Shown piece after piece: positions 29,201 to 38,798 of a stretch of DNA of 64,000 nt. Both the position numbers and the translations under genes were made by a program. The stretch spans positions 2,048,001 through 2,112,000 of the forward strand of contig OZ243913.1 in assembly GCA_965213705.1 (NCBI GenBank). Reading direction: 5' to 3'. Positions within the stretch are counted from its first letter, which is position 1. Every line of letters starts with the position of its first letter. This stretch comes from Trueperaceae bacterium (GTDB lineage: Bacteria; Deinococcota; Deinococci; Deinococcales; Trueperaceae). The notes under the pieces are model-generated. The model made no database searches and was not told the origin of the DNA. It saw nothing but the letters and a program-made list of their open reading frames with translations.

Positions 29201-29745
29201 TTTTGACCTTAAATGGTGAGGATTACTGGTTTACTTCAGAGGATTTCGATGTGACACCTCCGCAAGAACCCACTTATATTGATATCACGGAGCAAGAATG
29301 GAGAGTAAACAACATCCAGAAAGATGAAGCAAGAATTCGAGCTACTCCCGTAGGAAATTTCATCTATGCTGAGGATGTGCTAATTGACGTTACTACTCCA
29401 GAAGGACAAGCTTCAGCAGAAAGTGATGGGTTTTATGTTGTCTTTGATGAGCAACTTACTCCCGAACTCGAGCAGGAAGGACTTGCCCGCGACGTCATCC
29501 GTCTCATCCAAAACGCCCGCAAGAACGCCGGGTTAGAGGTGTCGGACTTTATCCGGGTGGGGCTCGAGACCTCGAGCAGTTTGCAAAACGCCGTCGAAGC
29601 GCACCGGGAAACAATTGCCAAGGAAGTGCTCGCACGTGAACTGACGACCACACGCCTTGCTGATGCTTACGAAGAAAGCGCCGAGGTCGAGGGTACGCCG
29701 CTCACCCTCACGCTCAAAAAAGTGGCGGTTGCCGAGGCGGTTTAG
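26260..29745 (+). CDS. ileS: Isoleucine--tRNA ligase, type 2 (GVHH signature)
   Basis: GGAGG RBS; EGPPTANGRPGVHH, GWDTHGLP, WTTTPWTLP, DWALSR.RYWG, KMSKS, LSNWYVRRNRRRFW, EGLARD. Confidence 0.97.
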   Translation: MFDEVSANVNFPELEQRVIEFWNASDIFRKSLHKDAPQGDYVFYEGPPTANGRPGVHHVISRAFKDLFPRFKTMQGYHVGRKGGWDTHGLPVELEIEKKLGFKGKKDIEDFGVAEFNKLAKASAFEYIQEWNEMTERIGFWLDLDDAYITYENDYIESCWWVMKSLWERGLLFEDYKVTMHCPRCNTSLADHEVSQGFEDDVDDPSVYPKFPLHKDKVVASGLWPVEDGRDVYMMAWTTTPWTLPANTALAVKEDAEYGLFEAPRAHGSEGDKDLYILATALAERVFGEGNYETLKTFQGGELVGLTYDPILQGRVPGGEDVSKGFRVLADEMVSLDDGTGVVHLAPAYGDLELGTTYGLPTLFSVDLAGEVFPEVRALPGDPTPGPYTGQFFKEADKAIAKDLLERNLLYRETRIKHAYPFCWRCHTALLYYAKSSWYVRTTAVKDKLLANNQKIDWYPEHIKGGRFGKWLENNVDWALSRERYWGAPLPVWVSEDGQENHCVGSVRELEELTGQDFSDLELHRPYVDDITFEKNGKTFRRLPYTVDVWFESGAMPYAQWHYPFENRDKLAPNFPADYICEAIDQTRGWFYSLHAIATLLTDSGADDDAGGREPGALAAAGVAVDTSSFKNCIVLGHILDENGEKMSKSKGNIVNPWDVLNAQGADALRWYLYSSSPPGNSKRFSESLVDETLRDFLLTLWNTYSFFVLYANLDKPDLSRDVPVAERSEIDRWLVAKTNTLVRDVTAMLENYDPTGATRAIRDFVVDDLSNWYVRRNRRRFWKSDTDTDKLAAYTSLYEALVTVAKLMAPMAPFVSEELYRNLVLNVDSAAPESVHLAQWPSFDADLINEALLRDMGALVRVVELGRSARNASGIKTRQPLSEVKIGARTNELVEGLQQFERQIAEELNVKNVVFLLTTEDSIARSYVVRPNLRKLAKRLKKGKTVPAFQEWLRALTPEQLKLLAINIHNDFPYTYNYMLLTLNGEDYWFTSEDFDVTPPQEPTYIDITEQEWRVNNIQKDEARIRATPVGNFIYAEDVLIDVTTPEGQASAESDGFYVVFDEQLTPELEQEGLARDVIRLIQNARKNAGLEVSDFIRVGLETSSSLQNAVEAHRETIAKEVLARELTTTRLADAYEESAEVEGTPLTLTLKKVAVAEAV

Positions 29746-29807
29746 GTACGAACCAGCATAGGGGAGAAGGTGAAATTTCACCTTCTCCTCAAACCTTAAG
29801 GAACTGA

Positions 29808-30626
29808 ATGAGCGAAACGAAGTTGGACGAAAACATCCTCTTCTACTACAACCGCGGACGCGAACAAAGCCGCCTCGAGCGCGACCTCAGCCGGGTCGAA
29901 TACCTGCGAACCCTGGACGTGCTCGAGCGCCATTTGCCCGGATTTCCGGCGACTGTGCTCGACATCGGCGGCGGGCCGGGGCGCTACGCGGTCTGGCTCG
30001 CGGCGCGGGGCTACACGTTTTCTTTGCTCGAGCCCGTACCCTTGCACGTCGAACAAGCTCGAGCCGCGCTGCAAGAATTCGAAGATGCCGAGGCCGAGTT
30101 GGGGGACGCTCGAGCCCTCCCTTACAGGGACAACTCGGCCGACGCCGCGCTGCTGTTGGGGCCGCTCTACCACCTCACCGAGCGCGCCGACCGGCTGGAG
30201 GCGTTGCGGGAGGCGAAACGTGTTCTCAAACCCGGTGGAAAGCTCTTTGTCGCAGTCATTTCGCGGTTTGCTTCGCTGCTGGACGGTTTGTCGTTCGGCT
30301 TTTTGGATGACCCAGCTTACAAAGAAAGTGTGGAGTACGTCTTAAAAACTGGCGTTCATCAAAATCCGCAACGCCGCACGGGTCTTTTCACCACCGCTTA
30401 CTTTCACCGGCCGGAGGATTTGGAACTGGAAATGGAAGAAGTTGGTTTAAAGCTCGAAGCGTTGCTGGGGCTCGAGGGGCCGGCGCGCTACCTCACCGAC
30501 TTGGACGCGACCTTGGCCGACGCCGAGAAAACGACGACCTTGCTGAACCTGCTACGCACGACCGAATTTGAACCGTCGCTGTTGGGCGTGAGCCCGCACG
30601 TCTTAGCCGTGGCGACCGCAACGTAA
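29808..30626 (+). CDS. Class I SAM-dependent methyltransferase
   Basis: LDIGGGPGRY, GDAR.L, LLGPLYHL, RVLKPGG. Confidence 0.9.
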   Translation: MSETKLDENILFYYNRGREQSRLERDLSRVEYLRTLDVLERHLPGFPATVLDIGGGPGRYAVWLAARGYTFSLLEPVPLHVEQARAALQEFEDAEAELGDARALPYRDNSADAALLLGPLYHLTERADRLEALREAKRVLKPGGKLFVAVISRFASLLDGLSFGFLDDPAYKESVEYVLKTGVHQNPQRRTGLFTTAYFHRPEDLELEMEEVGLKLEALLGLEGPARYLTDLDATLADAEKTTTLLNLLRTTEFEPSLLGVSPHVLAVATAT

Positions 30627-30630
30627 AAAA

Positions 30631-30915
30631 TCAGAGGTCGAAAGCCGGCTGGTACGTCCACAAAACCGGCTCCGGCGCAAAAAAGGCACCGAACAGCAGG
30701 GTCAGGTCGTCGAGGGCGGCGCTGGTGAGTTCGGGGTCGAACACCGCCCAGCTCGTGCCGCGGTGCGGGTCGTCGCCACGCCTGTCAAACTCGCTGTCGA
30801 TAAGCCCGCCGTGACACGCGTTCCAAAAGCGCAGGGCGTCCTGCAAAAAACGGTGAGCCCCCAACTTTGTGTCGACGGCGATGAGGATGTGGTCTTCCAG
30901 GTAAGCTGCGTTCAT
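30631..30915 (-). CDS. Hypothetical protein
   Basis: 94-aa ORF filling the gap; no recognisable motif. Confidence 0.45.
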   Translation of the reverse strand: MNAAYLEDHILIAVDTKLGAHRFLQDALRFWNACHGGLIDSEFDRRGDDPHRGTSWAVFDPELTSAALDDLTLLFGAFFAPEPVLWTYQPAFDL

Positions 30916-31051
30916 GACTCAGGGTAAAACGCGAGGTGTCACGAAATTCTTACGTACCTGCCGTAGTTGCGGGCTCGAGCCGCCCCATTCTGCGTGAGAA
31001 AAGCTACTTTTATCTTTGAGGAGTGACCGCTCAGGCAATCCGAGGCGTTCG

Positions 31052-32326
31052 TCATTCCTCGAAAAGCCGCTCCCGCCCAACCTCCCGGACGCTCCGGCAG
31101 CCCGCCAAGGCAAGCGTCAGGTCGAAGTCGGCCGCAAAGTTTCTTATCATCTCCCGCACACCCCGCTCACCCGCGACGGCCAGGGCGTAGACGTAGGGCC
31201 GCCCCACGCAGACCGCCGTAGCGCCCAGGGCGAGCGCCTTGAACATGTCCGCGCCGCCCCGAACCCCGCTGTCCAGCAAGACGGGCCGACCCTGGGCGGC
31301 CGCCACGACGTGGGGCAGGGCGTCGAGCGCCGCGACGGCCCCGTCCACCTGCCGCCCGCCGTGGTTTGAAACGACAAAACCGTCCACGCCGTGCTCGAGC
31401 CCTTCCTTGGCGTCGTCCGGGTGCAACACGCCCTTGAGCAAGATGGGGAGGTCGGTGTGCGCCCGCAAGAAGTCGATGTCTGACCAGCTCAACGACGGTT
31501 TGGAATAGCCCTGGATAAACCGCTGCACCGCCGCGACGGGTTTGCCGGAGCGCAAATTGGCGCGGAACGAGCCGGGGTGAGCCCGCGTCATCTGCAGGAG
31601 TGCCCGCAGAGAGGCGAGGGTAACCCTGCGCTTGCCCCTCTGGGGCGGGTTGTCCTCGAGCCACGCGTTGAAAACGGGGTCGCTCGTGTACTGGGCGATG
31701 CCCTTGCCGCGCAAAAAGGGCAAGTAGGCGAGGTCTAAGTCGCGGGTGCGCCAGCCGAGCAGCGTCGTGTCGAGGGTCACCACGATGGCGGTGCAACCGC
31801 ACGCTTCGGCGCGCGCCACAAAACTGAGGACCAGGTCGTCGCTCCGGCTGTAGTAGAGCTGAAACCAGCGCGGCGCGCCGCTCGTCACCTCGTCCATCGC
31901 GGCGGCGCACTGCTCCATCGGCACCGAGGCTTGGCTCGAGAAGATGAACGGCACGCCCTCGGCCGCGGCGGCCCTGGCGACGGCTAAGTCGGCTTCGCGG
32001 TGCGCCATCTCCAACACGCCGATGGGGGCGAGCAGCAGGGGGCTCGGCAGGGTTGCGCCGAAAAGTTCCACCGAAGTGTCGCGTTCGGCCACGTCCCGGA
32101 GCACCCGCGGCACAATGCGCCACCGTTCGAACGCCCGCCGGTTCGCTAGAACGGTGCTCTCGAGCCCCGCCCCGCCCGCCACGTACGCGTAGGCTTGGGC
32201 CGACATCTTGCGCTGCGCGGCCTGCTCCAAGTCGGCCGTAATCGTCGGCACCGCCGGCTTTTCGCCCGCGACCCCGCCGAGGTAGATTTCTTCTTGACGC
32301 ACACGCCCGATGTTCGGATTAACCAT
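31052..32326 (-). CDS. FMN-dependent alpha-hydroxy-acid oxidase (lactate 2-monooxygenase-like)
   Basis: [40 protein letters not shown]. Confidence 0.9.
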   Translation of the reverse strand: MVNPNIGRVRQEEIYLGGVAGEKPAVPTITADLEQAAQRKMSAQAYAYVAGGAGLESTVLANRRAFERWRIVPRVLRDVAERDTSVELFGATLPSPLLLAPIGVLEMAHREADLAVARAAAAEGVPFIFSSQASVPMEQCAAAMDEVTSGAPRWFQLYYSRSDDLVLSFVARAEACGCTAIVVTLDTTLLGWRTRDLDLAYLPFLRGKGIAQYTSDPVFNAWLEDNPPQRGKRRVTLASLRALLQMTRAHPGSFRANLRSGKPVAAVQRFIQGYSKPSLSWSDIDFLRAHTDLPILLKGVLHPDDAKEGLEHGVDGFVVSNHGGRQVDGAVAALDALPHVVAAAQGRPVLLDSGVRGGADMFKALALGATAVCVGRPYVYALAVAGERGVREMIRNFAADFDLTLALAGCRSVREVGRERLFEE

Positions 32327-32611
32327 CCCGACATTTTAACCGGACTTCAGCTAAGCCTTTTGCAAACCCGCTTCGCACCCGGTTCTTACCGCGCCGCCCA
32401 GAGAAGCGCGCGCAGCATGATTTCGCGCCTCTCGAGCAACTCCATCACCCCGACCGGCCCGCCGTGTTGCTCTGGACACTCACTCGGTCGTTCGCGATTC
32501 TTGCCGAAAGGTGCAAAGGGCAGTACAGCTCGGGGCTGAAGGGTGGTGAAAAGACGCGGCAGAGGTTCGAACCTCTGCCGCGTCCCGTCAGGCCGATGTT
32601 TGAAAACCTGC

Positions 32612-33718
32612 TTAAAAGTCGAAGTCGTTAATGTTCTCCGGAGTGAAAATGAACGGCGCACCCAGCAGCACTTCGGAACCGTTCACGATTTGTAAGTCAC
32701 CCAACCGACCTGCCGACACCGAAGTCGCACCGGGCTCCAGGGTCCCATCCGCGAGCGCCCGCATCACGTAAACCGCGGCGTAGCCGAGGTCGATGGGTTT
32801 CCACAGCACCACGTTTTGGACACAACCTTCAGACACGTAAGGTTTCATGGCGTTGGGCGTCGCCAGGCCGATGACCGCGACCTCGCCGCACAGTCCGGCT
32901 TGCGTGACCGCGTCGGCGCTGGAGGGCGTCGCCACGCTCGTCATGCCGAAAATGGCGTCCAAGTCTTCGCCGTACTTGTTGATAAGCGTGTTCGCCTGGT
33001 TGAAGGACTCGGTCGCGCTCTCTTGCGCTTCCAAGGTCTCGAGCCACTCCATGTCCGGGTAGCACTGCTCCTGGTAGGCCTGCATCTCGGCAATCCATCT
33101 CGCCTGGTTGGGCGTGGTAAAGGTGCTCGTGACGATGCCGAACGAGGCGTCTTCGCCTTTTTCAGTGGCGAGGCTGTCAATCATCGCCTTGCCGATGCCG
33201 TTGAACTCGGCCTGGTTGACGAACCAGTTGCGCGCGTCGGGTTGCGAGTTGGCGTCGTAGCCGACGACGTAGATGCCCCCCTCCAAGGCCCGCTTCAATA
33301 CCGGCGAAATCGCCACGGGGTCGTTGGCGGCGAACAGGAGGCCGTCGACGTTGCCGCTGGCGAGGTAGTTTTCAATCACGGCAACCTGGTCGTCGATGTT
33401 CGCCTCGGTCGGCCCGTCGGTCGTGACGGTCACGTTGCCGAGTTCTTCGGCGGCCTGCTGCATACCCAGCGAGGTCGCGTCGAAGTAGCCGATGCCGATG
33501 AGTTTGGGCACGTCGATAAGGGTCAAGTCGGCCCCGGCCGCAGCTTGGGCGTTGGTCACCGTGCCGCCGTCGTAGGGCATGGCCGCCATCTCGCCCGCGC
33601 CGCCGTCGCAGGACAGCGGGTTGGTCGGCAGCGCGTCCGCGCCGTCCCACTGCTGCGCGAAAGTAACGGTAAAGAGTAGAGCGAAGACGAGGCTTGCGGA
33701 TAGTCTCAGTTTCTGCAT
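32612..33718 (-). CDS. Sugar ABC substrate-binding protein (RhaS/LsrB-like)
   Basis: Signal peptide; VPKL.G..YF, GPTEA, ANDP, TPNQARWI, VLW.P.DLGY. Confidence 0.88.
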   Translation of the reverse strand: MQKLRLSASLVFALLFTVTFAQQWDGADALPTNPLSCDGGAGEMAAMPYDGGTVTNAQAAAGADLTLIDVPKLIGIGYFDATSLGMQQAAEELGNVTVTTDGPTEANIDDQVAVIENYLASGNVDGLLFAANDPVAISPVLKRALEGGIYVVGYDANSQPDARNWFVNQAEFNGIGKAMIDSLATEKGEDASFGIVTSTFTTPNQARWIAEMQAYQEQCYPDMEWLETLEAQESATESFNQANTLINKYGEDLDAIFGMTSVATPSSADAVTQAGLCGEVAVIGLATPNAMKPYVSEGCVQNVVLWKPIDLGYAAVYVMRALADGTLEPGATSVSAGRLGDLQIVNGSEVLLGAPFIFTPENINDFDF

Positions 33719-33796
33719 GGGTTCCTCCCTGGAACGTGGGGTGCTCGAGTTTACAAACGTCTCTGAGATGTCTTTAAGTCGAATGCTTGGCGGTCA

Positions 33797-34777
33797 TCAC
33801 CTCCCCCTCCGTCCCTGAATGAAGTTGTTGACGAGGATGGCGAAAATGAGGATGGCCCCGATGACGACGATGGTCGCGTCGCTCGTCACACCGGAGAGCG
33901 CGAGGCCGTTTTTGAGGGTTTGGATGAGGACTAAACCTAGCACGGTGCCGAGAATCGTCCCCTTGCCCCCGAAGATGCTCGTGCCGCCCAGCACCACCGC
34001 GGCGATGGCGTCGAGTTCCAAACCGCTGCCCATGTCGCTCCGCGTCGTCGTCACGCGCGACACGAAAATCACGCCCGCCAGCGCGCTCATGAGTCCTGCG
34101 TAGCCGTAACTGAGGAGGAGCGTCCGCCCGACGGGCAAACCGCTGAAGCGCGCCCCGACCGGGTTGTTGCCGATGGCGTAGAGCGACCGCCCGAGCGTGG
34201 TGAAGCGGAGGAGGACGCTCGAGACCACCGCGAACACGATAAACAGCCACAGTTGCACCGGCAACCCCAGCAGGTTGGCCTGCGCGAAACTCGTAAACCA
34301 CTCGGGATACCCGGTCACGCTCCGCGCCTGGCTGATGCCCTGCGCGAGCCCGCGGTAGAGCGCGAGCGTCGCCAGCGTCATGATGAGCGGCGGCACCCCC
34401 ACCCGGACGATGAACAGGCCGTTCATAAGCCCTGCCAAGACGCCGACGAGCAGCGCCAGTACCACCGCGAGCGCCAGCGGCACGCCCACCCCGCTCCAAA
34501 ACACCCCGAGCAAAATCGCGCAGAGCCCGAGAATCGAGCCGACGGATAAGTCTATTCCCGCCGTGATGATGATAAACGTCATCGGCAGGGCGACGAGCCC
34601 GACTTCGCTCATCAAGCGGCCCTGGTTGAAAAGGTTGCGTGTGGACAAAAAGTTGGGGTTGAGGTTTGCAAACACGGCGACGACGATGACGAGGAGAATC
34701 AACAAAATCCCCTCCTGGCCGAACAGCGCCGCGCGGAGCCGCCGGCCGACGCCGGGGGTTTGCGTCCCAGTCGCCAT
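33797..34777 (-). CDS. Sugar ABC permease (RbsC type)
   Basis: GIDLSVGS, GRSLYAIG.N, ELDAIAAVVLGGTSIFGGKG. Confidence 0.92.
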   Translation of the reverse strand: MATGTQTPGVGRRLRAALFGQEGILLILLVIVVAVFANLNPNFLSTRNLFNQGRLMSEVGLVALPMTFIIITAGIDLSVGSILGLCAILLGVFWSGVGVPLALAVVLALLVGVLAGLMNGLFIVRVGVPPLIMTLATLALYRGLAQGISQARSVTGYPEWFTSFAQANLLGLPVQLWLFIVFAVVSSVLLRFTTLGRSLYAIGNNPVGARFSGLPVGRTLLLSYGYAGLMSALAGVIFVSRVTTTRSDMGSGLELDAIAAVVLGGTSIFGGKGTILGTVLGLVLIQTLKNGLALSGVTSDATIVVIGAILIFAILVNNFIQGRRGR

Positions 34778-36180
34778 CAGACGCGCTGCCTTTGCCTGCG
34801 CAGCAGGTCGATTAAGACCGTGACGAGAATCAGTACGCCCTGCACCGCCTGAATCCAGAAGGGCGACACGTTCACAAACACCATACCGGAGCGAATCGTG
34901 TTGAGTAAAATCGCCGCCAACATCGCGCCGATGACGGTGCCCTTGCCGCCCAAAATGCTCACGCCGCCCACGACCGCCGCAGTGATGACGAACAGCTCGA
35001 GCGCGGGCGGCGGCGTCGCCTGAATGACCTGCAACTGCGTCGCATAGAGGAGGCTCGCCAGACCCGCAAAAACCCCGTTCAGCACGAACGCCATAATAAC
35101 GACCCGCGTCGCGTTGATACCCGAGAGCCGCGCCGCCGCCGCGTTGCCGCCGACCGCGTAGAGCGTTCTCCCCGCCGGGCTGTACCACATCCACAGCGCG
35201 GCGAGCAGCGTCAACACGAGCATAAAAACAATCGGCATCGGTACGCCGAAGGGTTTGGTCTGCGCGAGGTAAAAGCCGTCCGGCATCCCCGTCACGCGTT
35301 GCCCACTGGTCCACAAAATCAGCACGCCCTTGAGGATGCTGAACATCCCCAGCGTCACCACGATGGACGGCACGCGCAAATACGTCACGATAAAGCCGAT
35401 GAGCGCGCCAACGAGCGCGCCGACGATTAAGGGCGCGAGCCAGGCGACCCACACGGGCGCGCCGCCCACGACGAGCCGCCCGCTCACCACCGCGAGCAGC
35501 CCGATAAGCGAACCCACCGAAATGTCGATGTTCCCCGTAATAATCAACATGCTCATGCCGATGGCCGCCACCGCGATGTAGGCGTTGCCGGAAAGCACGT
35601 CGAGCAGGTTGCGCGTCGCCAAAAAGCGCGGGTTGTTCAGCCCGACGACAATCAGGAGCAGGGCGAGCGCGATGAGGATGGCGCTTTCCTGGTTGGCGGC
35701 CAAGTTGCGCAGGCTGTACTCGGGCGGCGCGGCGGGGCGGGGCACGGCGACTTGGGCGAGCATGATGACGCCCAAACCCAAGAGCGCCCAAAACCCGACG
35801 CCCATCTGCCCTAAATACGTCGCCGCTTCCGCGCGGTAGTCGAGGGCAAAGACGGCGAAGTACTCGAGCATCACCACCCCCGCCAAGGCCGTAAGCGCCG
35901 CTGTTGCGCGGCCGAGGTGTGCGTTGGTGAGGTTCCACAGCCCCAAAAAGAGCAGCACCAGCGTCGCGAAGGGAATCAGCGCGAGGCCGTTGGTCGTCAG
36001 CCCGAGTTCGTTGTTACCGCGCGTCTCAGTCAGGGTAGAAATCGTGGTCGCGCCCAAATTGGGCTGATTCACAAACGGGAAAAACTGGTAGGCGATGAAA
36101 ACGAGGATAGCTAGCACGATGGGAATGAGCAAAACGGGCTGGAAGCTCGAGCTGGACCGATTTATCGTTTGACTCGTCAC
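34777..36180 (-). CDS. Sugar ABC permease with extra N-terminal membrane domain
   Basis: GNIDISVGS, GRTLYAVGGN, VVGGVSILGGKG; GTG 36180 overlaps the ATPase stop. Confidence 0.88.
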   Translation of the reverse strand: MTSQTINRSSSSFQPVLLIPIVLAILVFIAYQFFPFVNQPNLGATTISTLTETRGNNELGLTTNGLALIPFATLVLLFLGLWNLTNAHLGRATAALTALAGVVMLEYFAVFALDYRAEAATYLGQMGVGFWALLGLGVIMLAQVAVPRPAAPPEYSLRNLAANQESAILIALALLLIVVGLNNPRFLATRNLLDVLSGNAYIAVAAIGMSMLIITGNIDISVGSLIGLLAVVSGRLVVGGAPVWVAWLAPLIVGALVGALIGFIVTYLRVPSIVVTLGMFSILKGVLILWTSGQRVTGMPDGFYLAQTKPFGVPMPIVFMLVLTLLAALWMWYSPAGRTLYAVGGNAAAARLSGINATRVVIMAFVLNGVFAGLASLLYATQLQVIQATPPPALELFVITAAVVGGVSILGGKGTVIGAMLAAILLNTIRSGMVFVNVSPFWIQAVQGVLILVTVLIDLLRRQRQRV

Positions 36181-37700
36181 GCCGCCACACTCGCCTTTTC
36201 GTCGCCCATCATCGCGCTTGCAATTCTCTCTTGCGTGGCGTCTGAGCGCGCCACCTCTGCAACAATTCGCCCGCCGCGCATCACCAGCACGCGGTCGCTC
36301 ATGCCCAAAATTTCGGGCAGCTCGGACGAAATCATGAGGATGGCGAGCCCGCGCTCCGCCGCCAAACCACTCATCAGCCGGTGAATCTCGCTCTTCGCGC
36401 CCACGTCGACGCCGCGGGTCGGCTCGTCGATGATGAGGAGTTTCGGGTTCGCGGCGAGCCACTTGCCGACCACGACCTTTTGCTGGTTGCCGCCCGAAAG
36501 GTTGTCGACGGTTTGCTCGGGGCCGTAGGCGCGGATGCCGAATTGTTGGATGGCCTTAGCCGCTAGCGTTTTTTCTTCCGACCGCTTGATGAATGAACCA
36601 CTCGAGTACGCTCTCAATACCGCCATCGACAAATTTTCGCGCACCGTCATCTCTTTGATGAGCCCTTGCGTGCCGCGGTCCTCAGGGACGTAGGCAATCC
36701 CGTTCGCCACCGCCTGAGCGGGCTGAGTCACGCGGACGGGCTTGCCCCCAATCAAAATCTCGCCCGACTCCGCGGGCAAAATGCCAAAAATCACCTGCGC
36801 GGTTTCGCTGCGCCCTGCGCCGACGAGCCCCGCCAAGCCGACGATTTCGCCGGCCCGTACCGTGAACGACACGTCCCGCGTGTAGGGTTCATTGGTAAGG
36901 TTGCGGACCTCTAAGACCACCTCGCCCACCTCGGCCTCTTGCTTGGGAAAAAGTTCGTCGATAGTGCGCCCGACCATCATGGTGATGAGTTGGCTTTCGG
37001 TGACGTCGGCAACGTTTTGCGTGCCGATGTACGCGCCGTCGCGCAGCACGCTCACGCGGTCGGCGAGCGCGAACACCTCGCTCAGTTTGTGCGAGATGTA
37101 CACCACGCCCACGCCCCGCTCGCGGAGCAGGTGCACGGTTTTGAAGAGGCTGGCGACGTCCGACTCGCTCAGCGCCGCGGTGGGCTCGTCCATGATGAGG
37201 AGTTTCGCCCCTTTCGTGAGCGCCTTGGCGATTTCGACGCGCTGCCGGTTGCCGACGTTGAGGGTGCCGACCTTGCGTTTCACGTCGAGGTCGTAAACCT
37301 CCAGCTCGGCCAGCGCCTCGCGTGCCCGCCGCGCCGTGGCGTCCCAGTCGATGACGCTGAACGGCCCCAGACCACGGCGGGGTGCGTGGCCCAAAAAAAT
37401 GTTCTCGGCGACGCTGAGTTCGGGGTAGAGGCTGAGTTCTTGGTGGATGGTGTGGATGCCCCGCGCCTGAGCTTCCCGTGGGTTGCCGAGGACGAGCGGC
37501 TGGCCCTCCCAGTGCAGCGTGCCCTCGTCGGGTTTGTAGACCCCCGAAATCGTCTTGATGAGCGTCGACTTGCCCGCGCCGTTCTCGCCCAACAGCGCGT
37601 GAACCTCACCCACGCGCACCTCGAAGTCCACACCTTTGAGCGCGTGGACGCCGGGAAAGCGTTTGTGAACGTTTCTCAAGCTCAGGAGGGGCGTGCTAAT
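36177..37700 (-). CDS. Sugar ABC ATP-binding protein (tandem NBD, RbsA/RhaT-like); possible ATT start
   Basis: GENGAGKST, MDEPT, LSGGNQQKV, DEPTRG. Frame is open upstream of TTG 37679 through ISTPLLS (ATT 37700) to a TGA five codons further. Confidence 0.92.
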   Translation of the reverse strand: MSTPLLSLRNVHKRFPGVHALKGVDFEVRVGEVHALLGENGAGKSTLIKTISGVYKPDEGTLHWEGQPLVLGNPREAQARGIHTIHQELSLYPELSVAENIFLGHAPRRGLGPFSVIDWDATARRAREALAELEVYDLDVKRKVGTLNVGNRQRVEIAKALTKGAKLLIMDEPTAALSESDVASLFKTVHLLRERGVGVVYISHKLSEVFALADRVSVLRDGAYIGTQNVADVTESQLITMMVGRTIDELFPKQEAEVGEVVLEVRNLTNEPYTRDVSFTVRAGEIVGLAGLVGAGRSETAQVIFGILPAESGEILIGGKPVRVTQPAQAVANGIAYVPEDRGTQGLIKEMTVRENLSMAVLRAYSSGSFIKRSEEKTLAAKAIQQFGIRAYGPEQTVDNLSGGNQQKVVVGKWLAANPKLLIIDEPTRGVDVGAKSEIHRLMSGLAAERGLAILMISSELPEILGMSDRVLVMRGGRIVAEVARSDATQERIASAMMGDEKASVAA

Positions 37701-37891
37701 GGGTTTGGCCTCTCATAGGGGAAGGAGAAAGAAAAGTGGAAAGGAAAAAGGAGAAAGTCATAAGTTTTTCCTCTGTTCCTCCACTCTCCTGCCGAAACTA
37801 AAGCGTATAAGCCGAGGCTCGAGCCCGCTCGTTCATGTCTAAAGTTTAGGTTCCGCATCGTACCAAGCCCTCTCCGGGGTTGCAACGCGGT

Positions 37892-38752
37892 TCACAGTAG
37901 CCCGTGCGCGGCCGCGCCCTTTTTGAGAAACGCCAGACCCTCGCGCGCCAAGACCTCGGACGGTTGGTTGGTGGGCCGCCACAGACAGGTCGCCGCCTGC
38001 AGGTCGGGGTTGATGGCGGAGAAAGACTCTAAAACCAGGTGGCCGGAAAAATTCGCGTCTTTTAAGCCGCGCCACACTTCGTCCCAGTTCACCGTGCCGC
38101 TGCCGACGAGGCCGCGGTGGCTTTCGCTCATGTGGACGTAGTCGAGCACGTCGGCGTTTGCAACCAGCGGCGCGTAAAAGCCTTCTTCTTCGATGTTCAT
38201 GTGGTAGGTGTCGGCGTGCAGTTTGAGGTTGTCGGCACCTGTCGCCAAACCTATCGCCAAAACCGTGTCTCGAGTGTCGGCCAGCGTGTTGTAAAGATAA
38301 GTCTCGTAGCGGTTGCAGGCCTCGAGCCCCACGGTGATGCCCCGCCGCGCCGCGTCCTGCGCGACCTCGCCCAGGGTGTCGACGACGGTTTGCCGTTCCT
38401 CGGCGGTCGGCGGCGCACCCGTCAGGGTGCCGAGCGCGTAGGCGGTGCAGCCGGTCAGGTAGGTCGAGCCGAGGGCCTCGAGCGCGTCGAGCACGTCAGT
38501 CAGAAACGCTTTTGCGCGGTCGGGATAGATGGGCATGTGCGCGTCGGCGGGCAAGCCGAGGGAGCAGACCGCGGCTATGCCGACCTCTTCAAGCGTCGCC
38601 TTGTGACTCGCCACGTCGAACTCGGCGGGTTTGAGAAGCGGGATTTCGACGAAGTCGAAGCCCATTTTTGCAGCCTCCCGAATTGCGGCGTTGCCGCTCT
38701 CAGTTGTCCACTTACCTATCCAAACAAAAGCGTGCGCGCCTAGCTTGACCAC
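37892..38752 (-). CDS. Ketose 3-epimerase (D-psicose/D-tagatose/L-ribulose 3-epimerase family)
   Basis: EIP, EACNRYE, DTYHMNIEE, HMSESHRG, ESF; AAGGAG RBS before GTG. Confidence 0.88.
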   Translation of the reverse strand: MVKLGAHAFVWIGKWTTESGNAAIREAAKMGFDFVEIPLLKPAEFDVASHKATLEEVGIAAVCSLGLPADAHMPIYPDRAKAFLTDVLDALEALGSTYLTGCTAYALGTLTGAPPTAEERQTVVDTLGEVAQDAARRGITVGLEACNRYETYLYNTLADTRDTVLAIGLATGADNLKLHADTYHMNIEEEGFYAPLVANADVLDYVHMSESHRGLVGSGTVNWDEVWRGLKDANFSGHLVLESFSAINPDLQAATCLWRPTNQPSEVLAREGLAFLKKGAAAHGLL

Positions 38753-38798
38753 GGGCTTCTCCTTTTGCGAGCTTTTGAACCGAGTTGTGAGCACGGAT

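Noticed and set aside
28880..29465. Intein or intron in ileS
   Set aside because: No C/S...HN splice motifs or stops, and part of the segment still resembles the IleRS2 C-terminal domain.
33797..35938. 713-aa permease ORF
   Set aside because: The upstream part is a shadow frame of the neighbouring permease; the real start is 34777.
32612..37700. AI-2 (lsr) or rhamnose operon
   Set aside because: The binding protein is of that family, but lsrK/lsrG/lsrR and rhamnose catabolic genes are absent.
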